NCBI GenBank assembly: GCA_963772725.1
Contig: CAVYYI010000004.1
Coordinates: 1 to 64,000 of the forward strand
Source: an uncultured Phycisphaerales bacterium
Lineage (GTDB): Bacteria; Planctomycetota; Phycisphaerae; Sedimentisphaerales; Anaerobacaceae
Direction: 5' to 3'
Length of the DNA stretch: 64,000 nucleotides
Numbering within the stretch: position 1 is the first letter of the stretch; the number at the start of each line of letters is the position of its first letter. Of the stretch, positions 20,920 to 30,606 are shown piece after piece. The position numbers and the translations under genes are program-made. Under the pieces are notes generated by a model. That model did not search any database. It was given only the letters and a program-made list of their open reading frames with translations, and had not been told where the DNA came from.

Positions 20920-21126
20920 ATGGAAAAGGCTGTATATTTGGATATTATCGCAATGTTTGTGTCCGCGACTTCTTCAAAAGGTGGGATTCTTAACGTCCCA
21001 GCAGAATATCTGACAATTCAGGCCGCCATCGCTGGGGACGGCAATATGGAAGTTACCGCTGTCGGAGAACTTGTCAGCGGGCAATACTTTTACGGCTCAG
21101 ATATACTGAAAATCAGGCACCGCTGA
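20920..21126 (+). pseudogene. Internally deleted remnant of a large secreted protein
   Basis: The N-terminal motif ILNVPAEYLTIQAAI is fused directly to the C-terminal motif VTAVGELVSGQYFYGSDILKI. Confidence 0.5.
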
Positions 21127-21418
21127 TACGGCGGCTAAAAGCGGTGCAAGTCTTCGCGAGATATATGTAAACAACTATTGGGTTAACGCCGTAAAATATA
21201 ATAAGAATGAAACAAGTATCCGGGCGAAACTGTGATTTTGGGTACATCTGCTATTTGCAGATAGAAACAGCGGATGTACCCCATTGTTTTAAATTTTGTT
21301 TTTTGGATTTGATTTTATCGCTATTTTATGCTATATTAAAAAGTTTAAAATTATTTGTAGTGGGTAAGATGTATCCCGGCATTTTTAAAATTCAGTTAAT
21401 TTGGACTAATGTTATTAT

Positions 21419-22279
21419 ATGGCTAACGCAGTGCTTAATATCGGTGAGTTTAGTATCGCAAAGCGCCTCGGGACGGGTGCCAGAAGCATAATTTACCTGG
21501 CGACCGATGGAGAGGCTGGGATTGACGTTGCGCTGAAGCGGGTAATCTTCGAAAAAGCGGAGGATACGCGAATTTTCGAACAGGTGGAGACCGAGTATAA
21601 AATAGCCAAACAGGTTGACCATCCTTATGTTCGCAAGTGTTACAAACTCAAGAAAATACGCAAGATGCTCAAAGTCAGGGAGATGCTGCTCTCGATGGAG
21701 CTGCTCGAGGGCGAAACACTCGAAAAAAGCCCGTCGCTGAGCCTGCTCGAACGTAATGCTGATATTCAGGATGGTAGCCGGCGGCCTTGACGCGATGCAT
21801 CAGCGGGGATTTGTACACTGCGACATAAAACCTAACAATATTGTTTTGGAAAAATCCGGTTCGATAAAAATAATAGACCTTGGCCAAAGCTGTAAAATCG
21901 GCACAACCAAAGAGCGCATCCAGGGTACGCCGGATTATATCGCCCCGGAGCAGGTGCTGCGTAAGCCCCTTGGGCCCAAGACGGACATTTTTAATCTCGG
22001 CGCGACAATGTACTGGGCGTTACGGGCGAAAACGTACCAACTTTAATACCTAAAAAAGATAATGTAGGTCTGTATATCCCTCAGACGCTTCGTGCGCCCC
22101 ACGAAATAAAATCGAGAATTCCACTGGGAATCTCAAAGCTCGTGATGGACTGCGTCAAGGACGACCCAATGCAGCGGCCTCGCAATATGGTGGCGGTTAT
22201 ATCGAGGCTTGACCTGATGATACAAAGCATAATAGGCCAGAAGAAAAAAACGGATAAAGATGCCTCAAACGGTGCTTGA
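21419..22279 (+). CDS. Ser/Thr protein kinase, two frameshifts (~21750 and ~22022)
   Basis: LGTGARS, ALKRV, HCDIKPNN, IIDLG, GTPDYIAPEQ and DIFNLGAT motifs. Confidence 0.9.
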
Positions 22280-23108
22280 TTTACTGAATAACGGGATAAA
22301 AGCCGGCAACGCCGATAGGTTCAGAAGCGGGAATGTGATTTCGCTGCCCCCTGCCGGCAGCGTGGTTGTTACAGGCGACATTCACGGCCACCGAAGAAAC
22401 TTCGAGAGAATGGTTAGTTTCGCTGACCTCGCGAACAATCCCGACAGGCATATCGTGCTGCAGGAGATTATTCACGGCGGGCCGGAGAATACCGGCGGGA
22501 ACTGTCTGTCGTATAAACTGCTGTTCGACACAATCAGATATAAGCTGAGTTTTCCTGACCGTGTTCACATAATTATGGGAAATCACGACACGGCATTTAT
22601 AACCGGCAGCGAAATTATGAAAAACGGCAGGGAGATGAATCTTTCGCTGCACATGGCACTCGACAATGAATTTAAACAGGCGAGTGCCGATATTCAAAAA
22701 GCAATGAGCCGATATCTTCTCTCTCAGCCGCTGGCGGTCAGAACTGAAACAAGAATCTGGATGTCGCATTCGCTGCCGGATGATAAGCACGCTGACGAAT
22801 TTGACAGCGGGATTTTTAACAGGGAACTTAAGCCGGAAGATGTTGAAAGGACGGGGTCGGCATACTTTTTGACCTGGGGCAAAAAACACAGTCAGCCTGT
22901 GCTCGATAAGATGGCGAAAATGTTTGATATTGACACATTTATTCTCGGTCATCAGACACAAAAACAAGGATGGAGCAAGGCAGGCGAGAACCTTATAATT
23001 ATTACCTCGGAACATAATCACGGCTGCCTCCTGCCGATTAACCTCGAAAAAAAATATACGATTGAGCAATTGACAGACTCGATAGTTCCGCTGGCCTCTA
23101 TTGCCTGA
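22260..23108 (+). CDS. Calcineurin-like metallophosphoesterase
   Basis: GDIHG, GNHD, SHS and ILGH motifs. Confidence 0.88.
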   Translation: MPQTVLDLLNNGIKAGNADRFRSGNVISLPPAGSVVVTGDIHGHRRNFERMVSFADLANNPDRHIVLQEIIHGGPENTGGNCLSYKLLFDTIRYKLSFPDRVHIIMGNHDTAFITGSEIMKNGREMNLSLHMALDNEFKQASADIQKAMSRYLLSQPLAVRTETRIWMSHSLPDDKHADEFDSGIFNRELKPEDVERTGSAYFLTWGKKHSQPVLDKMAKMFDIDTFILGHQTQKQGWSKAGENLIIITSEHNHGCLLPINLEKKYTIEQLTDSIVPLASIA

Positions 23109-23140
23109 AATAAGAGTTTTATTATTGGACAGGACATAAA

Positions 23141-24355
23141 TTGATGCGATGGTATGACTATATAGCTTTTGCGGCAATTTTTTCGCAGGGGTTATTTTTG
23201 TTTTTTACATTTTGCAACTATCGATATGCCCTGGGTAAATACAAAAAAAAACGTGCCTGGTACCGCCCGAAAGCCATTTTGATTGTACCATGCAAAGGAA
23301 TAGATTCCGATTTTCAAAAAAATATCGCGTCTTTTTTTAACCAGAATTATGAAAATTATTCATTATGGTTTGTTGTCGCAGAAGAGTCCGACCCTGCCTA
23401 CACTGAACTTCTAAGGCTTAAAGCGGAGCTGGCAAAAAATTCAAAAGCCAGTGACGTGCAGGTATTTGTCGCGGAGCAAGGCAGAGCCTGCAGTCAGAAA
23501 ATTCACAATCTGCTGTACTGTTGTAAAAAAATCGGCGCGGATATTGAGGTTCTGGCTTTTGCGGATTCGGACATCTGCATTCACGACAACTGGCTCAGCC
23601 ATCTTGTTTACCCGCTCAGGCAAACCCAAAACGGGGCCGCCACAGGCTACCGCTGGTATGTACCTGAGCGAAATAATCTCGCGACGCTGGCACTATCGGC
23701 CTTAAATGCCAAAGTTGCCCAACTGTTCGGTAAGGCGTTTTTTAATCAGATGTGGGGCGGTTCTATGGCGGTAACGACAGAAGTTTTCCGCAAATTGAAT
23801 ATTGAAAAAATCTGGGAAAACGCCCTGAGCGACGACCTGTCGCTAAGCATCGCGGTAAAAAAAGTCGGTTTAAAAGTAGCGTTTGTTCCAGCGTGCTTTG
23901 TCGCGACTTACGAATCGACCACCTGGCCAAAACTTTTTGAGTTTACCCGGAGGCAGTTTTTGATTACCCGCGTAAACGCCCCCTTAATATGGTGGTTCGG
24001 GCTGTTTTCAGGATTTTACTCAGTATTGGGGCTTTGGGGCAGCGCAGCGGCAGCGATCTATGCCGCAAATATCGGTGCGGCAGATTTTCACCTTTGGGCA
24101 GCAGTATCTGTTGTGTTTTTTGCCGGACAGTTGATAAGGGCTGTCCTGAGACAGCGGATGATTAGTAAGCTGCTTAGGGAAGATTTACAGAGAATGAAAT
24201 CCGCGATGATTGCCGATATTCTCGGATTCTGGCTTTGGTCGCTGTTATTACTGTTTTTTATTGTATCTTCAGCCTTTGGACGAACGATTCAATGGCGGGG
24301 AATAAAATACAAACTCCTCGGACCCGATAAAATCATCGTGCTTGACGAACGTTAA
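23141..24355 (+). CDS. Membrane GT2/GT21 (ceramide glucosyltransferase/HpnI-like) glycosyltransferase
   Basis: IVPCKG, SQKIHNL, FADSD, WGGSMA, SDDL, RRQ and WRGIKY motifs. Confidence 0.85.
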   Translation: MMRWYDYIAFAAIFSQGLFLFFTFCNYRYALGKYKKKRAWYRPKAILIVPCKGIDSDFQKNIASFFNQNYENYSLWFVVAEESDPAYTELLRLKAELAKNSKASDVQVFVAEQGRACSQKIHNLLYCCKKIGADIEVLAFADSDICIHDNWLSHLVYPLRQTQNGAATGYRWYVPERNNLATLALSALNAKVAQLFGKAFFNQMWGGSMAVTTEVFRKLNIEKIWENALSDDLSLSIAVKKVGLKVAFVPACFVATYESTTWPKLFEFTRRQFLITRVNAPLIWWFGLFSGFYSVLGLWGSAAAAIYAANIGAADFHLWAAVSVVFFAGQLIRAVLRQRMISKLLREDLQRMKSAMIADILGFWLWSLLLLFFIVSSAFGRTIQWRGIKYKLLGPDKIIVLDER

Positions 24356-27300
24356 ATAATTTCTTTCTGAGTTCTTCCGCCAAAAAGATTAAGGGAGCAA
24401 AAATTATAAGAATTCCCCAGTCCGTCCAACCGATACTGGTCGTTTGAAATATTTTTTGAAGAAACGGCGTGTAAATAATAGCCGAAGCGAAAATAATCTC
24501 AAAAACGATTCCCCAAAGAATAAGTTTATTACTGAAGAATCCGAATTTAAAAGCAGAATGCCTGTCGCTGCGGCATGCAAAAATATTAGCAATCTGCATT
24601 ATAACGATGCCAAGAAAAACCATAGTGATGGCTTTTAAATGCAGCGGATTAGCAAATGTCGTATCATCAGGCTCCAACTGTACTCCATGCCTCCAGCCGC
24701 CCTGATAAAGAACAAAATAATAAATTGTTAAAACCGCGGCGGCTTCGAGCAGCCCGAGAAAAACATAGCCGCGAAAAAGGACTATTTTATCAATAACCCC
24801 TTTTCCTTTCGGTCTTGGCGGGAGTTCCATAACGCCCGGTTCCGGTTTTTCCATTCCCAGGGCCAAAGCAGGCAGGATTTCTGTGCCAAGGTCGATAGCC
24901 AGAATCTGCATAACGGTAATCGGAACGGGAGTTTTCAAAATGACATAAAAGATATATGGTATTGCTTCTGGAACAAGGTGTGCAAAAATATATGTAATGA
25001 ATTTTTTGATATTATCAAATACCGCGCGTCCTTCCTCAATTGCCGCGATAATACTGGCGAAATTATCATCTGTTAGAATCATCTCCGCTGCTTCCTTGGC
25101 TACATCTGTCCCACGAAGTCCCATAGCAATACCGATGTCAGCTCTTTTGAGTGCAGGCGCATCATTAACACCGTCGCCGGTAACGGCAACTATATTTCCC
25201 AATTCCTTAAAGGCATTAACAACCCTTAACTTATGCTCAGGATTGACTCTAGCGAAAACAACCTCCTTTTTCTCAAGCTTGTCTTTTAATTGTTCATCGG
25301 TTAAGTCAGATAATTCTGTTCCTGTTATTACTTCAGGATTATCTGAAGAAATGATACCAACCTGTTTGGCGATAGATAATGCGGTAATTTGATAATCTCC
25401 GGTAATCATTACTACTCTGATGCCAGCATTTTTGCATATAGAAACCGCCCCTTTTACTTCCGGCCGCGGAGGGTCGTACATACCTGTAATACCGACGAAA
25501 ATCAAATCTTTTTCTATCGTGTTTGCCGAAGCATCAGAAAGTTCTTTTGCTTCAAAGGGTCGCCAAGCCAGTCCAAGAACTCGCAGGCCTTGCTGGGCAA
25601 AATCATCTAACTGTTTGATTATTTCTGATTTTTTCTCTGCGGTCAGTTCGACAATCTCATTATTGAGGATTATTTTGGTCGAAAGCTCGAGTGTTTCTTT
25701 CGGCGCCCCTTTGACAAAGACCGCCAAATTGCCGTCAGGAAGTTTATTGATACTGCTCATTCTTTTACGAACCGATTCAAAAGGAAACCGCTTCACGACG
25801 GAACATTCCGCCCGCAGCTGTTCAATATTGAAGCCGGCCTTTTGAACCAGCGTTAATAATGCGCCTTCGGTAGGGTCGCCGATAATGCTCCAGTATTTTT
25901 GCGTTTCCGATGGCGGAATGAGTTTTGCGGTATTGCATAAAACCGCGACGCGGAATAAAATGTCTATGCTGCTTTTTTTACATGCCTCTGCGGTGAGCGA
26001 AATGCCCTGAAAACTAAATGTTCCTTTTGGTTCGTATCCGCTGCCTGTAATCTCAATTATTTTATTGTTAATCCATATTTTTCTGACACTCATCTCGTTG
26101 GTCGTAAGAGTGCCGGTTTTATCAGTGCAAATGACGTTTGTACAGCCGAGTGTTTCCACAGATGAGAGCTTCTTGATTAAAGCGTGTCTTTTTACCATTC
26201 TTTGAACAGCCATAGCTAAAGCAAGCGTAAGCGTGGGCAAAAGTCCCTGCGGGACGTTGGCTAAAATAATGCCAATGGCGAACATTGCGGAAGCAGCGAG
26301 AGTCATTTTGGTAAAAGCCATACCCAAGAAAAAGAAAACAAATCCCATAACAACTGCGATAGCGGCAATCATTTTGCTGACGCGGTTTACTTCTTTCTGC
26401 AAAGGACTAAGCTCTTCTTTGACGGTTTGAGTAAGGTAAGCGATTTTACCTATTTCAGTAGCCATACCCGTTGCTATAACTACCGCTTTTCCCATACCCG
26501 ATGCAGCACTTGTGCCGGCGAAAATTAAATTAGGCATTTCAAGCCAAAGAAGACTCTTGCCGTTCTGAAATCCTTCCGCTATTTTATGGGAAAGTTTAGA
26601 TTCACCGGAGAAAGCACTATTGTTAACTCGCAATTCCTGAGCCTCAATTAATCTCGCATCGGCAGGAATATTATCCCCTTCTTCGATAATAATGATGTCA
26701 CCCGGCACAATTTCACTGCTCGATACTTTGGTTTCCCTGCCTTGTCTGATTACTCGTGCGAAGGAAGGTACCATTTTTTTCAAGGCATCAATCGCTTTTT
26801 CAGCCTTGTATTCCTGGAAGAAGCTGAAGACAGCGTTAATGAAAATTACCACAATGCATGCCCATCCAGCTTCCGGCATATCCGCCCAGAAAGAAAGGAC
26901 GCTGCCCGCCCACATCAGAATTGCCAGGAGATTGGTAAAATGATAAATGAACCGCAAAATAAGCGGCGTTTTTCTAATCGCTTTTAATCTATTATGCCCA
27001 TAAATCCCCAATCTTTGCTGTGCAGATGATTGACTTATCCCCAGTTCACTGGTCTCAAGTTCGAGATAAACATCTTCTTTGTTTAAAGCGGAAAAAATCT
27101 CTCTATTCAATCCTCTTTCTTTCAGAAGGTGATAAAATTCATCGTCGGTTGAACATCGCATTAACTGCTCTACGAACACCTTATTATCCAGCAGCATACT
27201 GACTCCGGAAAGAATTTTAAGGTGCAGTCCGCTTTCAAGAAGCGGTGTTAAAAAAAGCACTATAAGATGAACATCTTTACCGTCAACTGACGTGAAGTTT

Positions 27301-27572
27301 ATTCCTCGCTTAGATAGGCCGACAAAAAGAATCGCTTCTTCGAGTTCTTCGATTCTGGCATGGGGTATGGCAATTCCGTTACCGATTCCCGTTGTAACCT
27401 GTTTTTCACGTTGGAGTATTTTTTCGAGAATTTTTGTTTTATCTTTAATCTTTTTAGAGGCAAAGATTTGGTCAACAATCTCGGAAAAAACAGCCTCTTT
27501 GGTATGAGATTTCAGATGTACCGCAACGCACCGTCTGCTTACAAAGTCAGATATTTTCATATTTCTCTTCAC
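24333..27572 (-). CDS. Cation-transporting P-type ATPase (P2C Na+/K+-ATPase-like) with an N-terminal PTS EIIA domain
   Basis: N-terminal TTGIGNGIAIPHAR; SGES, ANVPQGLL, DKTGTLT, KGAP, GDGVNDAPALK and ILAIDLGTE motifs. Confidence 0.92.
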   Translation of the reverse strand: MKRNMKISDFVSRRCVAVHLKSHTKEAVFSEIVDQIFASKKIKDKTKILEKILQREKQVTTGIGNGIAIPHARIEELEEAILFVGLSKRGINFTSVDGKDVHLIVLFLTPLLESGLHLKILSGVSMLLDNKVFVEQLMRCSTDDEFYHLLKERGLNREIFSALNKEDVYLELETSELGISQSSAQQRLGIYGHNRLKAIRKTPLILRFIYHFTNLLAILMWAGSVLSFWADMPEAGWACIVVIFINAVFSFFQEYKAEKAIDALKKMVPSFARVIRQGRETKVSSSEIVPGDIIIIEEGDNIPADARLIEAQELRVNNSAFSGESKLSHKIAEGFQNGKSLLWLEMPNLIFAGTSAASGMGKAVVIATGMATEIGKIAYLTQTVKEELSPLQKEVNRVSKMIAAIAVVMGFVFFFLGMAFTKMTLAASAMFAIGIILANVPQGLLPTLTLALAMAVQRMVKRHALIKKLSSVETLGCTNVICTDKTGTLTTNEMSVRKIWINNKIIEITGSGYEPKGTFSFQGISLTAEACKKSSIDILFRVAVLCNTAKLIPPSETQKYWSIIGDPTEGALLTLVQKAGFNIEQLRAECSVVKRFPFESVRKRMSSINKLPDGNLAVFVKGAPKETLELSTKIILNNEIVELTAEKKSEIIKQLDDFAQQGLRVLGLAWRPFEAKELSDASANTIEKDLIFVGITGMYDPPRPEVKGAVSICKNAGIRVVMITGDYQITALSIAKQVGIISSDNPEVITGTELSDLTDEQLKDKLEKKEVVFARVNPEHKLRVVNAFKELGNIVAVTGDGVNDAPALKRADIGIAMGLRGTDVAKEAAEMILTDDNFASIIAAIEEGRAVFDNIKKFITYIFAHLVPEAIPYIFYVILKTPVPITVMQILAIDLGTEILPALALGMEKPEPGVMELPPRPKGKGVIDKIVLFRGYVFLGLLEAAAVLTIYYFVLYQGGWRHGVQLEPDDTTFANPLHLKAITMVFLGIVIMQIANIFACRSDRHSAFKFGFFSNKLILWGIVFEIIFASAIIYTPFLQKIFQTTSIGWTDWGILIIFAPLIFLAEELRKKLFNVRQAR

Positions 27573-27629
27573 ATCTGGGCAAAGAGAAAATAAAAAAACC
27601 CTGAAACGGCGGTTCTCTATTTCGCGATT

Positions 27630-27755
27630 GCCCTTTCAAATGCCTGCGAGGTTAGCTGTCGGGCTCGGGTTTGAAAGTACCCTATCCTTTCGGAATTCGC
27701 CCCAAAAAATTGGGTTCCCCGCATTCGTGCCACTTAACACGAATTTCGGCTACAA
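27630..27755 (-). ncRNA. c-di-AMP (ydaO/yuaA) riboswitch
   Basis: Reverse complement reads GCCGAA..GCGGGGAACCCA..TTTTTGGGGCGAATTCC..TAGGG..CCCGAGCCCGACAGCTAACCTCGCAGGC..AAAGGG. A U-tract follows before the ATPase start. Confidence 0.9.
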
Positions 27756-27774
27756 TATTCAAAGCAATAGTAAA

Positions 27775-27803
27775 ATACTATTCACGTTGACCAACGCGGT
27801 CAA
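27775..27803 (-). promoter_or_regulatory. Candidate promoter for the riboswitch-ATPase transcript
   Basis: Minus strand TTGACC-17-TAGTAT; the -35 box is half of a TTGACC-N5-GGTCAA palindrome. Confidence 0.45.
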
Positions 27804-27924
27804 GAAAATTCTGTATAATCGTAAGGAAATAAGCAGTGAAATTCCTCAAAATATAAGTTCCCTTTTGAATATAAATCGCTTATAATATATATGGTTATAG
27901 CTGACATGATTAAGAGTATGAACT

Positions 27925-28533
27925 ATGAAACCTGGATTGAAACAAGAAAGTGATGCGGAACTTTTAGCCAGATACGCTTCCGGCGATGAAGACGCTTTTC
28001 GTGAAATCATAAGTCGTTATAAAAACAGCCTTTATGCCTTTCTTAAACGGTTTTTGAATCAGCAGGACATCATTGAGGACGTGTTTCAGGAAACCTTTTT
28101 ACAGTTGTTCACCAGCAGGGAAAGTTTTGATGTAACCAGACCTTTACGCCCATGGCTTTTCACGATAGCGGCCAATAAGGCCAAGGATGCCCTTAGAAAA
28201 CAGCAGAGGACGACAGCAATACAAATCGGCACAATAGCCACCACCGAGGAAATGTCTTTCGACGACGTTCTGGATACCTTAGGTTCTGACAGCACAATGC
28301 CTTATGAAGGTATGGAGCAGAATGAGACTTCCGTGATGGTTAGGCAGATTATAGCGGATATGCCGCACAATTTGCGGGAAATTTTAATTTTAGCATATTT
28401 TAATAAATTTTCTTACAAACAAATGGCGGATATCTTAAGTATACCTATTGGCACAGTTAAAAGCAGGCTGCATACGGCGGTCGGTTATTTTGCCAAGCAA
28501 TGGAAAGCGTCAATCAGGAGCAAAAGAAGTTAA
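27925..28533 (+). CDS. ECF sigma-70 factor
   Basis: EDVFQETF, PWLFTIAANKAKD and SYKQMADILSIPIGTVKSRLH motifs. Confidence 0.95.
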   Translation: MKPGLKQESDAELLARYASGDEDAFREIISRYKNSLYAFLKRFLNQQDIIEDVFQETFLQLFTSRESFDVTRPLRPWLFTIAANKAKDALRKQQRTTAIQIGTIATTEEMSFDDVLDTLGSDSTMPYEGMEQNETSVMVRQIIADMPHNLREILILAYFNKFSYKQMADILSIPIGTVKSRLHTAVGYFAKQWKASIRSKRS

Positions 28534-29568
28534 TGAGTCCGTTGGAAAATTTTCATAAGCATTTGATATTTGATTTTTGTATGGGTATCACCTCGGACGA
28601 GCAGGCCATTCAGGCAAAAGAGTTAATCTCCTCAAATCCTCACGCCGCTGAACTATACGAAAAATTCAAAGAAAGCTTCTATCCTCTTGATTGTTTTGAA
28701 CATGAACCCTGCCCTGATGATTTGGTGGAGCGGACGCTGCTTCGTCTTAAAAATTTACCCCGCACAAGCAATATTGAACTTGAGCAGCTGCTTGCGGCAG
28801 AACAAATTCGCAAGCCTCCTGTTGTGCGGAGGTATTGGCGAAATATGGTTGAGGTTCTGGCGACCGCCGCTGTAATCCTGTTCATCTCGGGGGTAATAAC
28901 CGCGCCGTTAAGTAATATGCGGCAGAATTCATGGAAGACGCTTTGCAAGAGTCAATTGGCCAAAATTGCTCTGGGATTGGATAATTACCGTGCCGCCAAT
29001 AATGGCGAGTTGCCGGCGGTTGCGACTGCTGCGGGTCAGCCCTGGTGGAAGGTCGGAGACCAGGGCAGCGAAAATCAATCCAATACGAGAAATGTATGGC
29101 TTCTCGCGAAACAAGGCTATGTTTGCCCCACTACTTTTGTATGTCCGGGCAAAAGAGAAGGCCGAGCGACTTGAGTTCGATTCGGCCCAAGCGAAGAATT
29201 ACAGTGACTTTCCTCAACGCAAATATGTAACATACAGTTTCAGAATAAGAAGCGTTAACTCTTCCAAAATGATTATGCACAGCCGCGAAGTGATTATGGC
29301 TGACCTCAATCCTCTCTTTGAGTCACTGCCGGAACCGATGAAAAACTCTGAACTTGATGTAAAACTCAATGATGAATTAGCTGCCCTTAATAGTTCAAAT
29401 CATAAAGGCTCCGGACAGAATGTTCTTTTCTGCGACGGCAGTGTGGAGTTCAGAAAAACGCGGACGGCAGAAATTACTGATGACGATATATATACATTGC
29501 AAAACACACGCGTGTATAGAGGCGTAGAGCGGCCTTCATCTGAAGCTGACGCTTTCCTGGCACCTTAA
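28533..29568 (+). CDS. Putative anti-sigma factor with a pilin-like (H-X9-DG) periplasmic domain, frameshift near 29168
   Basis: TAATG coupling to the sigma gene; helical N-domain; TM segment MVEVLATAAVILF...CKSQLAKIALGLDNY; FVCP; NHKGSGQNVLFCDGSV. Confidence 0.75.
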
Positions 29569-29575
29569 CGCATTT

Positions 29576-30520
29576 TCAGCGCAGAGCATTCTCAAGACAA
29601 ATCCCGGCGTTTCTTTTTAATCTCTCAAGCCCTGCGCGGTGTATAACCGAATGGGCGAATCTTTTCTCGAAACCAGCTTGGTTCAAATTCAAAATCTCGT
29701 TCAGATTTAGCTCGGCCCTGTCAGGATAAAATTTGAACTGTTTATTTTTACACACTGGCGCATTTTCCTGGTAAGGGCAGGCCAGCACGCACTCATCACA
29801 GCCAAACAGCCTATCTCCGATTTTGGCGGATAATTCTGGAAGTATTTTGCCTTTGTGTTCGATTGTCAGATAGCTTATGCATTTTTGAGCCTCAAATCGC
29901 CCGTCAGCGTTTAACGCCCCAGTCGGACAGGCTCTTACGCATTTATCGCAGTTTGCGCAATCGGCGGCTATTGGTTTGTCGGTCTCGATTTTCAGGTCTG
30001 TTATTATTTCACCCAGAAATATCCGGCAGCCTATTTTAGGATTTATGAGTATGTGATTTTTGCCGATAAATCCCACTCCTGCGCGTTCAGCTAATGCACG
30101 CTCGGCCAGCGGAACCGAATCAACGCAGATTTTAAATTTCGGCTTTTTATAGGCCAGAGATTCTATGTATCGCGTAAGTTCACCCAGCAGATTTTTAATA
30201 AAGGTATGATAATCTTCGTATTGAGCGTAAGCAGATATTCTGCCAGTTGGTGTAGATTTGTCCTGATTTTTAGATACTTCCGGCGGCGTATAGTTTAACC
30301 CCGCAACTATTACTGATTGAGCGTTTTCGAGTAGTTTTCCGGGATTAACGCGTTTCTCAAAATAGCGATGCATATAAGCCATATCAGCCGCACACCCGGC
30401 TTTAAGCCATTCGGACAGCCGTTGAACCTGTTTCGCACCTATCGGCCCGGCATCAGTAATCCCGACAAGGTCAAAGCCGATTTCTTTCGCCTTACTCTTT
30501 ATATCTTCTGCTAAACTCAT
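29576..30520 (-). CDS. queG: Epoxyqueuosine reductase
   Basis: ISAYAQYEDYH, ERALAERAG, CANCDKCVRACPT, CISYLTIE and FGCDECVLACP motifs. Confidence 0.93.
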   Translation of the reverse strand: MSLAEDIKSKAKEIGFDLVGITDAGPIGAKQVQRLSEWLKAGCAADMAYMHRYFEKRVNPGKLLENAQSVIVAGLNYTPPEVSKNQDKSTPTGRISAYAQYEDYHTFIKNLLGELTRYIESLAYKKPKFKICVDSVPLAERALAERAGVGFIGKNHILINPKIGCRIFLGEIITDLKIETDKPIAADCANCDKCVRACPTGALNADGRFEAQKCISYLTIEHKGKILPELSAKIGDRLFGCDECVLACPYQENAPVCKNKQFKFYPDRAELNLNEILNLNQAGFEKRFAHSVIHRAGLERLKRNAGICLENALR

Positions 30521-30606
30521 AATATATAATTATACATCAATCATCGCTCTGAGTTTAACGTTATCTTATAGGTCTTATTAAATGGACAGGTATCTTACCT
30601 TTAAAT

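Noticed and set aside
22281..23177. 298 aa antisense ORF (similar ones at 34840-35661 and 18683-19417)
   Set aside because: These are shadow ORFs opposite well-supported genes.
27628..27885. 85 aa plus-strand ORF
   Set aside because: It is antisense to the riboswitch and promoter and has no protein-like features.
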